Of a stretch of DNA of 64,000 nt, positions 43,906 to 57,600 are shown in pieces. The translations under genes were made by a program, and so were the position numbers. The notes under the pieces are model-generated. The model saw only the letters and a list, made by a program, of their open reading frames with translations, did not search any database and was not told the DNA's origin. The stretch covers positions 106,268,001-106,332,000 of the forward strand of contig OZ024742.1 of NCBI GenBank assembly GCA_964016885.1, in the 5' to 3' direction. This DNA comes from Eledone cirrhosa. Taxonomy: Eukaryota. Position 1 is the stretch's first letter, and every line of letters begins with the position of its first letter.

Positions 43906-44990
43906 TAATTGTTTCTACTTTTGGAACAAGGCCAGCAATTATCTCAGTGTATTACTGGTACTTTATTTTATCGACCCCGTAAGGATGAAATGCAAAGTTA
44001 ACCTCTGCGGGATTTGAACTCAGACCATAAATGGCCGTAACTCTTTGCTGCAGAGCATGGCGTCCGACCCTCTACCGATACTGCCAAACCACCGCCCTGT
44101 CTCGGTATTTGTTCTGGTTTAATGCACTCTGAGATTAAATCTCACCGAGGTCAACTTTGCTTTTCATTTTATCGAGATCGATAAATAAATTACCAGAACT
44201 GGGGTTGTTTTTTTCCTCTGTTTTTCTTCATCTAGAAAAAAAATTCGCTGCGTTCCTACCTGAATATGGATGGGCTTCGCCACGCTTAAAATGCCAAAGA
44301 CATGCTGAATGTCAAAACGGCGCTCTCCTGACTCCCATCTAAAGTTAAGTGCACTATACCATGACTAAATATTAGATCACCACAAATTCAGTAGTGTTGG
44401 GCAAAATTCAAAGTCCACTTTGATTCTTCTGGTGTTAATAAGATAAATACCAGTGTTCAAATATATACATTGACGTCGAGGTAATCGATTATAATTTATA
44501 AGGCAATGCGTCACCATTACACTAATCCAATAGCTAAAACCAGAAAAAGAATAGAATATATAAATCTGTATTATTATTTTCCTGAATTGGCAGTATCGGT
44601 AGAGGGTCGGACATACTTTCCAGCATAGTTACGTCCCCTTACGATCTGAGTTCAAATCCTGCCGAGGTTAACTTTGCCTTTCATCCTTACGGGGTCGATA
44701 AAATAAAGTACCAGTAACGTACTGGGTATTTGCTGGCCTTGTGCAAAAAATATAAACAATTATTTTCCAAAAGAATAGGGCGGTAGATTGGCTGTATGCG
44801 TTGGACAACATGCTTTGCGGCATATAGTTAAATCCCTTTACGTTCTGAGTTCAAATCCAGACGAAGTTAACTTTGCCTCACATCCTTACGAGTCGATGAA
44901 ATAGAGTACCAATAACATACTGGGGTCGATTTAATCAACGTTTCCTCCCCCAAAATTGTTGGCCTGGTACCTAAATCTGAAACCGTTATT
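43906..44990. mobile_element. SINE family A cluster (43906-44098 on -; 44585-44763 and 44777-44990 on +; older fragments between)
   Basis: Consensus matches in both orientations. Confidence 0.8.
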
Positions 44991-45865
44991 TTCCATAAGA
45001 ATTCGCTCCCATCTCAAGAAGAGCAAGACCCATTTTTTTCCTGGACTGGATGCTAATCTATTACAAGTAAGTCTGAAATGCAACAACGCAATTACTCGTC
45101 ATTCCCACCGTGCAGTTGACAGCAGTGAATTATACTACTCCTCGTAACTATTTAGAAAGCTACAATACCAGACGAAGGCTTCAAATTTCTCTCAAATCAT
45201 ACCATACCATACTAAAAATGAAATAATGCGTTGACCAACGTATCTTTTATATTATCATTTAATTTATGTAAAAATATGGTATTTCCACGGCTGGTACAAT
45301 TATTCTGAGACTAAACAATTACATCTCAGAGGACTACAAAATCTGTAGCCTATACTAGGTGACTCGGCATGCAGGAAGTAGCAGCCAAATAACCTTCAAA
45401 TCACATCGTACCATTGTTAACATGTATTAGACAATGCAACACTTGTTATAAAAAGAACCTGGATGATCACAGCTGGAACGACTCTGATCATAATTCGTTC
45501 TTGATTAAACCAGGACAGGGGCAACAACACCAGCAACAATTACAATTTATAACCAAATGACATTCAGGAAATCATACTTTCGAGCATTTACACAAAGCCA
45601 ACACATTCCTTCTGTAAATAATTAATTTAGGCCACACATTTGACGAACGGACCTTAAATTGAACCCGTTACTTGACAGTGGAAGGGCGGAAAAGAAAGTG
45701 GACGTCGGTGGGGTTAACAATATAAACTTAAAAGGGGTTTAACGAAAGTTTCCGCTATACACTCTAATAATACTGCCATCCACAACTGTCATTTTATAAA
45801 TAAGTCTTTCTTTCTAATATTAGTACAAGGTCAGTCATTGGAGGAAAGAAGAAAGTCGATTATAT

Positions 45866-47446
45866 CGATATTGGCTATCAAATGAAAAACAGAGGACCTA
45901 AGATCAATCATCTACTTTTCGTGGATGATCTGAAGCTCTTTGTCCGGAAGGAAACTCAGGTTGACTCACTGGTAAAAACTGTCAACTGGTGTTGTGAGAA
46001 CATTGGGATGGAGTTTGGTATTGCAGAGACGTAATCATGTACAAGATGGTGTGACAGAGTTACCTGATGGAGAGTCGACTAATAACCCTGAGGATGGTGG
46101 GTACAAATATCTGGACATTTTGCAGCTTGACAAAGTTCTAAAGGAAAGGAAATGTGAAGGAAGTCTCTTTAAATAGGTTAGGACTGCTTCTGAAAGGAAA
46201 TGTGAAGGAAGTCTCTTTAAATAGGTTAGGACTGCTTCTGAAAGGAAATGTGAAGGAAGTCTCTTTAAATAGGTTAGGACTGCTTCTGATAACGAAATTG
46301 AATGGGAAGAACCCTAATTACCTCTATCAATGTCTGGTTGTGGCAGTTATTAGATGTAGTGCGGTTATTTTGAAGTGGACCAAAGAAGAAATAGAAATCT
46401 TGGATAGGCGTAAGAAAATCGTTGACACTATTGCATTGCACCCAAAGGCAAATGTCATCAGAAGCGTAGGAGGTCGATCACTTCAATCTCTTTTTTTGTG
46501 TAGGGAGGGGTCTGCAGTAGCAAAGAAGAACTTTTAATATATGTTAACACAAGCCTATTCATTAAGACCATTGAAATTAGGGAAAATAACAAATTGAGGT
46601 TACTGGCTGAAAAACTCAGCACAAGGGAGAGTATTGAATTACATGATCAATTTGAAAGAGAAACAAAGGAAGTAAAAGTAGGGTCTTCGTGAAATTGGTT
46701 GGTAAAAGGTGACCTTAAGAGAGAAACAAAATGTAATAGCTGCTGAAGGTCAAGCACTAATCACAAGCGCGATAAGCAATATGTATAACCGAGATGAAAA
46801 ACATAAGTCTAGGTTATATTAGTAGAAGGTAGAAAGTGTGACACACATCTTGAGTGCTTGTGACGTACTTACGCAAAAGGTATGTAAAAGGTGTCACTAT
46901 AAAGTGTGCTTACACCTCCATTGGTCTTAATGCTAGAAATATGGGTTTGCAACCATTAAGAAATTGTATCAGCACAAACCAGAGAAGGTTCTAGAAAATC
47001 AGACTATGAAACTTTTGTGGGACTTTACAATCCAGATAGATAGATTTCTGGAAAATACAATGTCAGACATAACTTTGGTGGAGAAAGGTACTGAAAGGAG
47101 GTTTTTGTTGATCGATGTAGCTTGTCCAGGAGACCATTACATAATTGGTAAAGAAAACAAGAAAATCGTAAAGTATTCAGATTTGAGAATAGATGACCAG
47201 AGAGTGTGGAATATGAAAGCAAGAATAGTACCAACTGTGATTGGATCACTTGGGTCAGTGACAGAAAAACCTTCATAGAATTGGAATCAGTCCCAGCATT
47301 ACGGACATTGCAGATAACAACACTTTTGGGAACAGCAAATATCCTGCGGAAAGTAGTGTCTATCTGACAGGGAATCAATTAAATGGTTGTGTTTTAATAA
47401 GATCATCACTGTGCAAATGAACACTACTACTACTAATAATAATAAT
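45866..47446 (+). mobile_element. 5'-truncated, pseudogenised R4/Dong-clade LINE (RT end, zinc-knuckle remnant, REL endonuclease) with (TAC)/(TAA)n tail
   Basis: GYQMK..KINHLLFVDDLKLF..IGMEFG; YKYLDILQ; VESVTHILSAC; HKPEKVLEN..KLLWDFTIQIDR..DITLV..LIDVACPGD..KYSDL..IVPTVIGSLG..LLGTANILRKVVSI*; many stops and frameshifts. Confidence 0.88.
46146..46289 (+). repeat. Perfect 48-bp x3 tandem repeat inside the LINE
   Basis: AAGGAAATGTGAAGGAAGTCTCTTTAAATAGGTTAGGACTGCTTCTGA occurs three times. Confidence 0.95.
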
Positions 47447-48469
47447 GGTTTCTGATTTAGGCACAAGGCCGACAATTTTGGGGAAGGGGATTAAACCGAC
47501 CCCAGTACTTACTGATGCTTTATTTTATCAACCTCGTAAGGATTCGAACTCAGGACGTAAAGAGCCGTAACTCAATGACACTAAGACAATCCACTGCCTT
47601 TTAATAATCCTAAATAAATTCAAACTTTATCAACGAACAAATTAGTTTTCTTAGAAATAGTTCAAAATTCAATTTAAAACTGGTTTCAGATTTTACGTAT
47701 TGTTTTGTTTTTGTGTGGTTTTTCTATTGTTGTTGTCCTTGGTGGTGCTGGGTGTATGGTGTTGGGGGAGAGGGTAATTAATGTAATTGTTGTTATTGTC
47801 GTTTCTTCGGTTGTTGTTCGTGATAGAGTTGGTTGAGTTAATGGTGGGGTTGTAGAGGAGAGTTGAGGTGCAGGTGATGGTTGTGGGTGTAGGTGATGGT
47901 GTAGGTGCGGTGACGAGGGAGAGGGGATTGGGGTGACGGTGGTAGTGCTGTCTTTGTTATTTCTATGGCGAAATTAATCGTAGTTTCTCTTGCCATGTTT
48001 GTAACTGTTGTTTTATTTCGTGTTCTTGTTGCTGTTGTTTTATAGGCTACAGTTTAAATGTTTGTTATTGATGTTGTTATTGTTATTGTTGTTGCTGGGT
48101 TTCTTGTAACTACTTTGTTTCTTGTTGTTGCTGCTGCTATGACGTTTGTTATTGTTTTCTCTACAATTTCAGTCCTTATACCTTTTTAATGTTATAAAGA
48201 TTGCCCAAGATAAACTGAAACTTAGACGGGATCTACTGGTAGTGATGAGGTGATAGTGCTAATGGTAGTTCGTATTGATGGTACTGGTGGAGTTGATGTG
48301 GTGAAAATGGTCGTGTTGTGGTAGTTGTAGTAAGGGTGATGATGATTGTGGTAGTTGTAGTAAGGGTGATGATGATTGTGGTAGAGATAGTGGTGACAGC
48401 GCTGTTGTTACTATGATAAATGGGGTGATGGGGTGCAGGTGGTGGCACCAGTAGTGGTGGTTATAATGG

Positions 48470-48514
<45 letters not shown>

Positions 48515-48643
48515 GTGGAGAAAGAAGAGAGATATGGAGATATGTGTGTATGTATGCGTATATCGATACCTTTGTATATATACACACATAAACACACACA
48601 CACATACACACACATATATACGTACATATATATATATATACTG

Positions 48644-48674
<31 letters not shown>

Positions 48675-48928
48675 TTACGTCTGCTACTTGTATTTCGACA
48701 AATAGAGACTGTATAGGGTCGACTAACTCCCTTGAAGTCGATGCCCCAGTATTGCCGCTGTCTGACGAATGAAATATATAATATAATAAAAGAATATATA
48801 TGTATGTGTGTATGTGTGCGTGTGTTATGTGTGTGTGAGTGTGTATGTGTGTATGTGTGTGTGTGTGTGTTTTGTATGTGTATGTGTGTGTGTGTTTTTT
48901 GTGTGTGTGTGTGTGTGTGTGAGTGTCT

Positions 48929-48967
<39 letters not shown>

Positions 48968-50758
48968 TGTGTGTGTGTTGTATCCGACTGGTCACTTCCT
49001 TTTTACGTTTTAATTTCAAATGTATTTTATCCTTAAGAAGTCGATAAACGAAAATACCAGTGAAGTACAGTTTTGATGAAATTGGCTACACTAACTATAA
49101 TAATCACACAGAATTTGCAATTTTGTCCCTCTGTCACAAATCAATCGTTTAAACTCATTTCAGTATAGTAAGTGTTGCCATGTTGTATATATATCTGTAA
49201 TTTTGATTTTCCTGTAATGCGGCAGGTTTAATGTCATGGGTTCCTATTATGGGAATCTTAGTTTATTGTGAAGTCTTATTGAATTCTATTTTCATTAATG
49301 CAACATTGACCGTAATATGGCGTAGATAGTAATACAAAAACACACAATAAGTTGAGATTAATAGTCTGATCAGTCTATACTAGTCTAGATTATTAATATA
49401 AGAGCAAATCACATCAAATGAATAATCAAAGAATTAAACTATTGAAATGCTAAGTCCTGTGACTTTTATAGTAAATTTCGGAAGTCACTGGTCTGGCATA
49501 TACCCATCTGTCTTCATTCTAACTTGGTAATTACGTTATTCGTTAATTTAGTTATTCTGTCCAGTGGGTTATATCAATTGTGTAGATGAAAAAAATAATA
49601 AACTAGAAGCTTACAACTAGATGAATTGACGTAAACGAATTTTGATTGATTTATTATCAGTATGTCTCATTTGGATAGTTCATCGGTCATGAACCGCCAT
49701 TTCATTGGTTCATATGTCAGAAAAGTCTCTTTGATTGGTTTATAGTCCGATTTTGATTGGTTTATCGATGACAGCACTATAAGAATAGAAAAGGAGAAAA
49801 AAGAATTACAAAAGAATTACATTAATAAATATCTCAAAATTGTTTAATAAAATGAATTCATTGTGAGAATCGGACAATGAAGAAACAAAATGGAGAGTGA
49901 ATTTATATAAAATAGGGGGTGAAACGGAGGAATTCAGTAGAAATAGTCCTGTGATATAAAATTAGTCGAAACACGCAGACAACTCATTAAAAGCCATAGA
50001 GCAAGCAAGCTAAAAAAGAAAAATATTTTCTGTAAACCAATCACGTAAACGGAATGATATTGTCCTCTATAGAAAACAAAATGTCAGGTCTGGTTTGTGT
50101 AACCGGGATTCCAGACTGTAGTATGAACACCTAAATAATAGGTGTTAATAAGACAAAGTTATAGGCATTACCATATAAGGACATAGCTCGCGTGATTCTT
50201 GCTTAAACTAAACAAATTGTTCACTACGCTTGGGATATTTCGTTCGTGCGAAATGAAACAAGAACATGATAAAATAATCAAAGGAATAGATAAATAAATA
50301 AATAAGATGTGTGTGGACAGTAGGAGGGGAAAACAAGAGTAAGATATGGTAAGTTCTAGTTAGGCCGGAAGCTACTTGCAATAAAGACGCTCACACATAT
50401 TAAATGACAACTTTTAAAATACATGAAATTTACAAGTGGACTTCACGCTCCTACCTGCTCCGCCAAGAGTAAGAGAGAAAATATATGTATAATGGAAGCT
50501 TCGTTTGTATTTCTTTTCATTGTCGTTTTGTAGAATTCCAGCAGAATATAATTACTATTCATTCATTAAATATTTTTCTCATGGTTTGCATCTGTTACGT
50601 CGTCTACGGCCGAAGACTACAAGAGCTATTACCGCTTAGCTACATAGATTCCCACGCTTACATGTATATTAAAATACGTATTATAACACCCATCCCCCCA
50701 CACACATACAAAATACACATACATATATATACATATAATATATGTATATATATATATG

Positions 50759-50838
<80 letters not shown>

Positions 50839-50841
50839 TAT

Positions 50842-50970
50842 AACGAAGGAAGTGTGGTAAGTAACCAGGTGGACCATAACGCACCAAAGTACTCGATACT
50901 GGGTAGTAGAGTGGGTAATAGGAAAAGAGTCAGGACCCCAACGGCTGAGCTGCGGCCGTTTCGACAGCTA

Positions 50971-50972
<2 letters not shown>
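50842..50972 (-). mobile_element. Truncated copy of the hammerhead-bearing (TA)n element
   Basis: Homologous to 105-233. Minus strand TAGCTGTC GAAA CGGC cgcagctca GCC GTT GGGGTC; lacks the 5' core strand. Confidence 0.8.
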
Positions 50973-51010
<38 letters not shown>

Positions 51011-51064
51011 CGTTTCTGAATTTGTTTAGCAAGATTCTTTGGCAACATGACCCTCCCAAAGTAT

Positions 51065-51128
<64 letters not shown>

Positions 51129-51397
51129 GTACGCACACATAATAAATGGATCTGATTTTCAATCAGCGGAACGACCTAATCAGTAAATTAACATATAAGT
51201 GGCTGAGTATTCCACAAGCATGTGTATCTGAGTTTCAAACTTAGGAATAAACTAAATGGTATATGCACCTAGTGTTTTCTTTGTTTCTAAGAACAAGCAA
51301 TGTCCCTAGTCAGTGAGGGTGAGACAGGAATAACAGCTAAGTCTCGCTAATGACATCCTCTGTCGTTTCAAAAAGGAGAAATATACATTGGACACTA

Positions 51398-51692
51398 TAC
51401 CATGGTCGGTTGAAAGGTTCATAGGCTGACTATGAAGGAATGAAATCTCGCATGCCTTAATTTTAACTCTTCATAATAATTGTTTCTACTTTTGGCACAA
51501 GGCCAGCAATTACTCCAGTGCATTACTGGTACTTTTTTTATCGACCCCATAAGGATGAAAGGCAAAACTAACCTCGGCAGGATTTGAGCTCTGCATTGTT
51601 TTTTTCCAGGGACTATGTTGAAAAATAAACCTCATTTGGTTATTCAATGAGAGTGTCTTGGTCAGATATGGACTTTTCAACCGACCCTCGTA
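51398..51692. mobile_element. Non-autonomous mariner-type element with a nested SINE A fragment (51478-51592, -)
   Basis: TIRs TACcatGGTCGGTTGAAAgGTtCATA.gCTGAC and reverse complement TACGAGGGTCGGTTGAAAAGTCCATAtCTGAC; TA at both ends. Confidence 0.7.
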
Positions 51693-51976
51693 GGGCAAGA
51701 TATATTTAAATAAATAAATAAATAAATATTGAAGAGATACATTCCTAACGACAAGTTTTGAAGAAGCCTGAGAAAATATTGGTAATGGCAGGGATTCTAC
51801 CTCATCAGTATACCCTCCCTGTGTCTCATATTATGCATTGAATACTACCCTGATTTGTGGTCTTCCTGGTTTATGCACAGCAGACATTCCATAAATGAAT
51901 GAATATATAAATAAATAACGAGATAGATAAAATGGAATAAATCGAGTAGAAAATGTTTGATGACCACAGATTTATC

Positions 51977-52470
51977 TAGATCAGGGCTGATACAGCTGTT
52001 GAATCACATCTTGATCAGAGAAACATGGCAGTGTTGATAGATCAGGGCTGATACAGCTGTTGAATCACATCTTGATCAGAGAAACATGGCAGTGCTGATA
52101 GATCAGGGTTGATACTGCTGTTGAATCACATCTTGATCAGAGAAACATGGCAGTGCTGATAGATCAGGGCTGATACTGCTGTTGAATCACATCTTGATCA
52201 GAGAAACATGGCAGTGCTGATAGATCAGGGCTGATACTGCTGTTGAATCACATCTTGATCAGAGAAACATGGCAGTGCTGGTAGATCAGGGCTAATACTG
52301 CTGTTGAATCACATCTTGATCAGAGAAACATGGCAGTGCTGGTAGATCAGGGCTGATACTGCTGTTGAATCACATCTTGATCAGAGAAACATGGCAGTGC
52401 TGATAGATCAGGGCTGATACTGCTGTTGAATCACATCTTGATCAGAGAAACATGGCAGTGCTGATAGATC
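51977..52470. repeat. 61-bp minisatellite, 8 units
   Basis: Unit TAGATCAGGGCTGATACTGCTGTTGAATCACATCTTGATCAGAGAAACATGGCAGTGCTGA with few substitutions. Confidence 0.97.
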
Positions 52471-54623
52471 CGACACTCTATTGATTCAGTTGTTCATATT
52501 TTCTGTAACAGCAGAGAATATTTATATTTCCAGTGAAAAACTTTATCTATATTGGATATAAATTAAATTAGACCGTAAGAAAACAAATTGAATTAAAAAA
52601 TAATAAATTCTTCAACTGATTATTTAGATTTATATATACAAAACTTCGACATATTCATAGTTCATAGTTCTTTTTAGTTTTTTTTTTTTTTTTTTTTTTA
52701 ATATTGCACATGGAGTGGTGGGAGTAGATTTGGGGTAGGGTAGAGTTGGTAGAATTGAATTAGACCAAGAAACCGAAAACAAATTGAATTAAAGAAAGAA
52801 ATAATAATTCATTGGAGTTTTAAGATTGATTATATATACAAACGTTAGACATATCCATAGTTTATATTTGTTTAGACATTGCACAAGACTCCAATTTTAT
52901 AGGGTGGGAAATAAAATTGTTTGAATGGACCACAGCTGTTTATGACCGCTACCTTATATGTTTATTAATTGCCCTCAATAACTGGTTCGGTCAGAGTTAT
53001 GACTCCCAGATAAATTAACACCATATAGTAAACGATCAACAATATTCCAGACCTCACTCGCTAACTGAGTGGGGTAGAGCTTGTCAAATCGGACCAGGGA
53101 AACAATGTTTCCATTGGTCTTTCCATTGCTGATACTATCTACTGGTCGCAACTCCTAGCAGAAAGAGTAATATGAAATAAAGTGTTTTTCTCAAGGGCAT
53201 AATACATCGCCCGGTCCGGAAATTTTAATCACAATTGCGATTCCAATCCCCCACCCACTAAGCCACACGTTTTCACCACATACTTAATCAAAATAAGACG
53301 TGCTTATTTATCTCATGCAAGTGTTATACATGTGAGTCATGTATTTAACCATTTCTAACACATGGTAGAATTTATAACTTTAAATTAGTCAATTCGGCAA
53401 TTGTATAGTTAAGTTATTGATAACATATTTAATAAAGTCAGCATGATTTAAAAAAGTTAATTAGAAATAATTATGCGGCGAAGAAACGACAATATTAATT
53501 ATTAAAGTTATTTAAATAATTGCAGTGTAAAGTATGAGAGAAACGTTGTGGCGTGTTTTGGCCCTATTGAACCTTCTCTCTCAAATCTAGTACTTGCTGA
53601 AGACGTGATAAGAGAATCATTTGGTAGAAATACAATATTGCACATTAGTGACTGTGTTAAGCCGAATCTCCGCATGGTGACTATTGACAGGACAGGAAGA
53701 CGAAAAGAGCCAACAAACACTAAATTGACAAAATATTGAGAATGTGATGAGATAATAACCATCAGTCTTTCTCACGAAGTCTATCTTCCTCTCGACTCAT
53801 ACGCACTTTGTGAGAGTTACAGAATTCACTTCTCCGTAGATGCCTCTAGCCACTTCTTCCTGTCTCTAACAGATACACGGAAAAAGAAGTATGCATGGAC
53901 CCGTAACTCATGGCGAAGTCGTAGGAGTGAGGTAGTAGCATACAGTGGGTCTGAATATAGTCGATTTCTTCCAGAGACGGAGAGAAAAACAATGATAGGA
54001 GGAAGTGAGGAAGAGATATAGAAAAATAATTGACCCAGTTTAGACCTCAAAAGGATGAAAGGCAAAGTTAACCTTCACGGGATTTGAACTCAGAGAATGC
54101 AGAAAGTCAGAAAGAATACCTCAAAGCATTCTATCTGTCGTTCTAATGTCTCTGTCAATACGGCGCCTGAATAAAAAGTAAACAGATGGAAATGTGCAAG
54201 TGTAAGTGAGAAAGAGAAAGAGATATGGGATTCGAAGGGTATGAGTAGAATTTCATAGATGATATACGCCATTTGGGATTTATAGGATAGGATATAGTGT
54301 GAATAAAAGAAAAAAATATAGAAATAAAAATAACAAATATAAAACACTGCAAGGCAACAACAAAACCTTTAGCAATTGACTAAAAAGTATGTGATTACAT
54401 AGAGAGTAACTGAAGTTACTGTCGTAGAATGTATGAAGTATCATACTAGTATGAAACCGTCTCTAGAACATTCGATGCTAAATTGTGTAATTAAGTTGAA
54501 AGACGCTCTCTATTGTGAAGCTATAACCGACGTAGTCGGGGGACAGAGACCTTTCGGCGCCATTTACATAGGAATATCTTATGATTTGTATATTTATTCT
54601 AACTTTCTGTCTCTATGTATATA

Positions 54624-54672
<49 letters not shown>

Positions 54673-57600
54673 ATGTATGTATGTATATAATGTATATATA
54701 TATAATATATATGTGTGAGTGTGTGTGTGTGAGAGAGCGTAAATACTATGTATATACACTATTTCCAGTTTATATATTTGTAAGTGTATGTATAGGTGTA
54801 CGTATATATATATATGTGTGTGCGCGGGTGACAGGATCATCTAGAGTGACTAAATATCCGACGATCCATTATAAGGCTTTTGCTTTTATTGCCCGTATTG
54901 CCACGAAGAGCTTTTGGTGTTTTAAGATTAAAATAACAGCTTAAGATAAAGAAGTAGCTGTTTTAAAAATAAACTTCTTCTGTCTTACTTACTCTTTCAT
55001 CCGAAAAACTTTCGGTACCATTTACTCCTAATGACATGCGTTAGACCTTAGGTGTCCTGTCTAATTTGGCATCTGGAAAAAAAATATTCTTTGTAAGACG
55101 ACTCACACAAACTGAAGCATTTTTTCTCTTTTTTTTTGTATTTCTGTTTTTTAAGATTAGCGTTCAACATATGGATTTCGTATACGCATATAAAGTTCTA
55201 TTTTCATATAGAATGGGAAACGATATTGGGGGAGAGATGTTTCTTTCATTTTCATTACTTCTTTTTTTTTTCAAGGGCATTAGCGACCTAAATCATGTGA
55301 ATGAGCTGCCATTGGAGCACAGAATATGTTTGTTTTGATAATGGTTTTATCAGAGGATGAAGGTGGGGGCAGCACCCATAAGCTTTTGTAGGGTCTCAGA
55401 GAATGGTGGAAAAGAGAAGAAAACCACGAATCCGCGACCCATGGAAGAGACACATTAATATATCTAGTTATCCTCAGACAGGAGACCCGATCAGGATGCT
55501 TGGTGGTGATAAACTGAGTAAATAATTATAACAGTTTCCTTCCATTCGTTAAATGTGTTGAGAATATTTCTTCTGACTCAACACCACACAACATTCTATA
55601 TTTTATGAAGAGATGGATCAAAATTTGTAATGGCGAATTACAACAAAATTTGTAATGGCGAACATATCCCTCCAGCTCAGAATCAACTATATTTTGGACC
55701 CAATTCACTGTAAACTTACGTCTAATGTTGTTTTAACTCAGTCCCAGCAGTTATGTATAAAATATTGATTTATAGGTGTAGGGTTCCCAAGCGCAGAAAA
55801 TAAGTGCAATTACGGTCAGTTGCTATAAAATAGCTTATAAAAGTCGGTTATGATCCTTAGAGACGGAAAAAGATGTCTCAGATGCTTAGTGCCTTCACCA
55901 TTGAACTAAGGAACCTCTGACAACATTTTACCGTCTAAATTAAGGAGCTGAATCAAACATCTTTTCAAAATGTAAACACACATCCTGTGAGAAGCTCGCA
56001 CTTTCAAACTGTAATTGCAGATCTTTTCTGCGCTTGAGCATCGTACATCTAAAAATGTATTTCCTCAGCGCTTCGTGTGTTCGAAAGTTCGAGCTTCGCG
56101 CACGGTGTTTGTTTACATAACATATAGTTTTATTTTGACAAGACCCATGTATGATTTACTTAAACTATCGGCCTAAAGGAAATCAAAATAATGTTTAGAT
56201 TTATACTGCAAAGATCTTCCGTTTATACCGAATCAGTTCACTTTTTGTAGACAGAAATTTTCAAAAGACGGTGAGTATAGTACATGAATTTTATCGAACC
56301 AGAAATCTCCTGATTGTTAAGCAAACTTATTAACCACTCAGCAGTGTCTGGATTGATTCCACTGCGTGGCATCTTGAGCATGGGTCTTTTAACATAGCCT
56401 TGAATCGATCCAACTAAAAGAATGAAATTAGATAAACGGAAAAAGCGCGGAGCTGATCGGATTGGTTGTATGTGTAACCACGAATGCGGCTCAGTTGATT
56501 GAACAGCTGAACGCTCATCGTCGAGACCGATGAAAGATCCATCAAATGGGTCCAAACCCGTTAACGTATTGGTATTTATTTTGTATGATTGCATTATTGC
56601 ATTGTTCACTCTCGGAGAAAAAACAAGATTAGTTACATTGTACTGTTTACATTCATTGGCAGTTGCACTAACATAGCGTGATTCATAATAGAAATGTATA
56701 TGAAGGCGTATATGATGTGTTTATGCATAATAAACATATAATCTCACTATGACTGTTTCAAAACCAGTTTCGTTTTGAGAACGTTAAACACTAACGTTTC
56801 CGGATTTTGTATCCATCATCAGTGACGTTTAGTCACTCACTACTGAGATTAACATAAGTTATAGCTTATATACATTTACAAATAAACATCCACTGGAGAA
56901 ACTTATTTTTATATTGTATGGGCTTGACTTGTTTACATTCAAGAAAAATTAAGAAATGTTCCCAGAATAATGTCTATGATTAGAAGAACCAGAGATATTG
57001 TCACAAATTATTATTAAGCTTTAAGAACGAAGAGAGGAATTGTCAGAGAATGCTCTTCATATTTTAAGAACAAAGGAATTTTCTTTTGCAAAGCGAAGTA
57101 GCAAATAAATCTTAGGGTTTCTCCTTGTAAATATATTCATAACTAAAGGGAGAAATGATGCAAACACTGCTTATGTTCTTTAGTCTCTTGTAATTCTTTT
57201 TATTACTAGCGTTTTGTAATATGTCCTTGAGCAAGAAACGAGCCACTCTGTTTCAATATAAAATAGGAACATAGAGAATTGTACAGATAGAGTGTCAGAA
57301 ATTCGCTGGATATTAAACTAACATAGTACTCGAAAGACTATTTTAGTCTTAATCAAACTCATTGAGGAGAAAGAGGAGGAAGAAGGAGGGAGAGAGAAGT
57401 GGTAGAAAGAGAGAGGAGAGTGAGGAGATGGAGATAAAGAAGGGGGACAATATAATGTGAGAGGAAGATGAAGATGAAGAAATATAGAGAGAAAGAGTGA
57501 TGAAGAGACAGAGAGAGAAAGGATAGTAATGAAAGAGAGATGAGGGTGAAGCGAGAAATAGAGAAAGTTGAAGAAAGAAGGAATGGAGAAGGAGAGAAAG

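Noticed and set aside
51977-52470. Regular arrays (also 38019-38551) as CRISPR or tandem ribozyme repeats
   Set aside because: Head-to-tail units have no unique spacers, there are no cas genes and no hammerhead core in the unit, and the context is eukaryotic.
56238-56609. 123-aa minus-strand ORF as a gene
   Set aside because: Non-ATG start, no recognisable domain and no clear splice signals.
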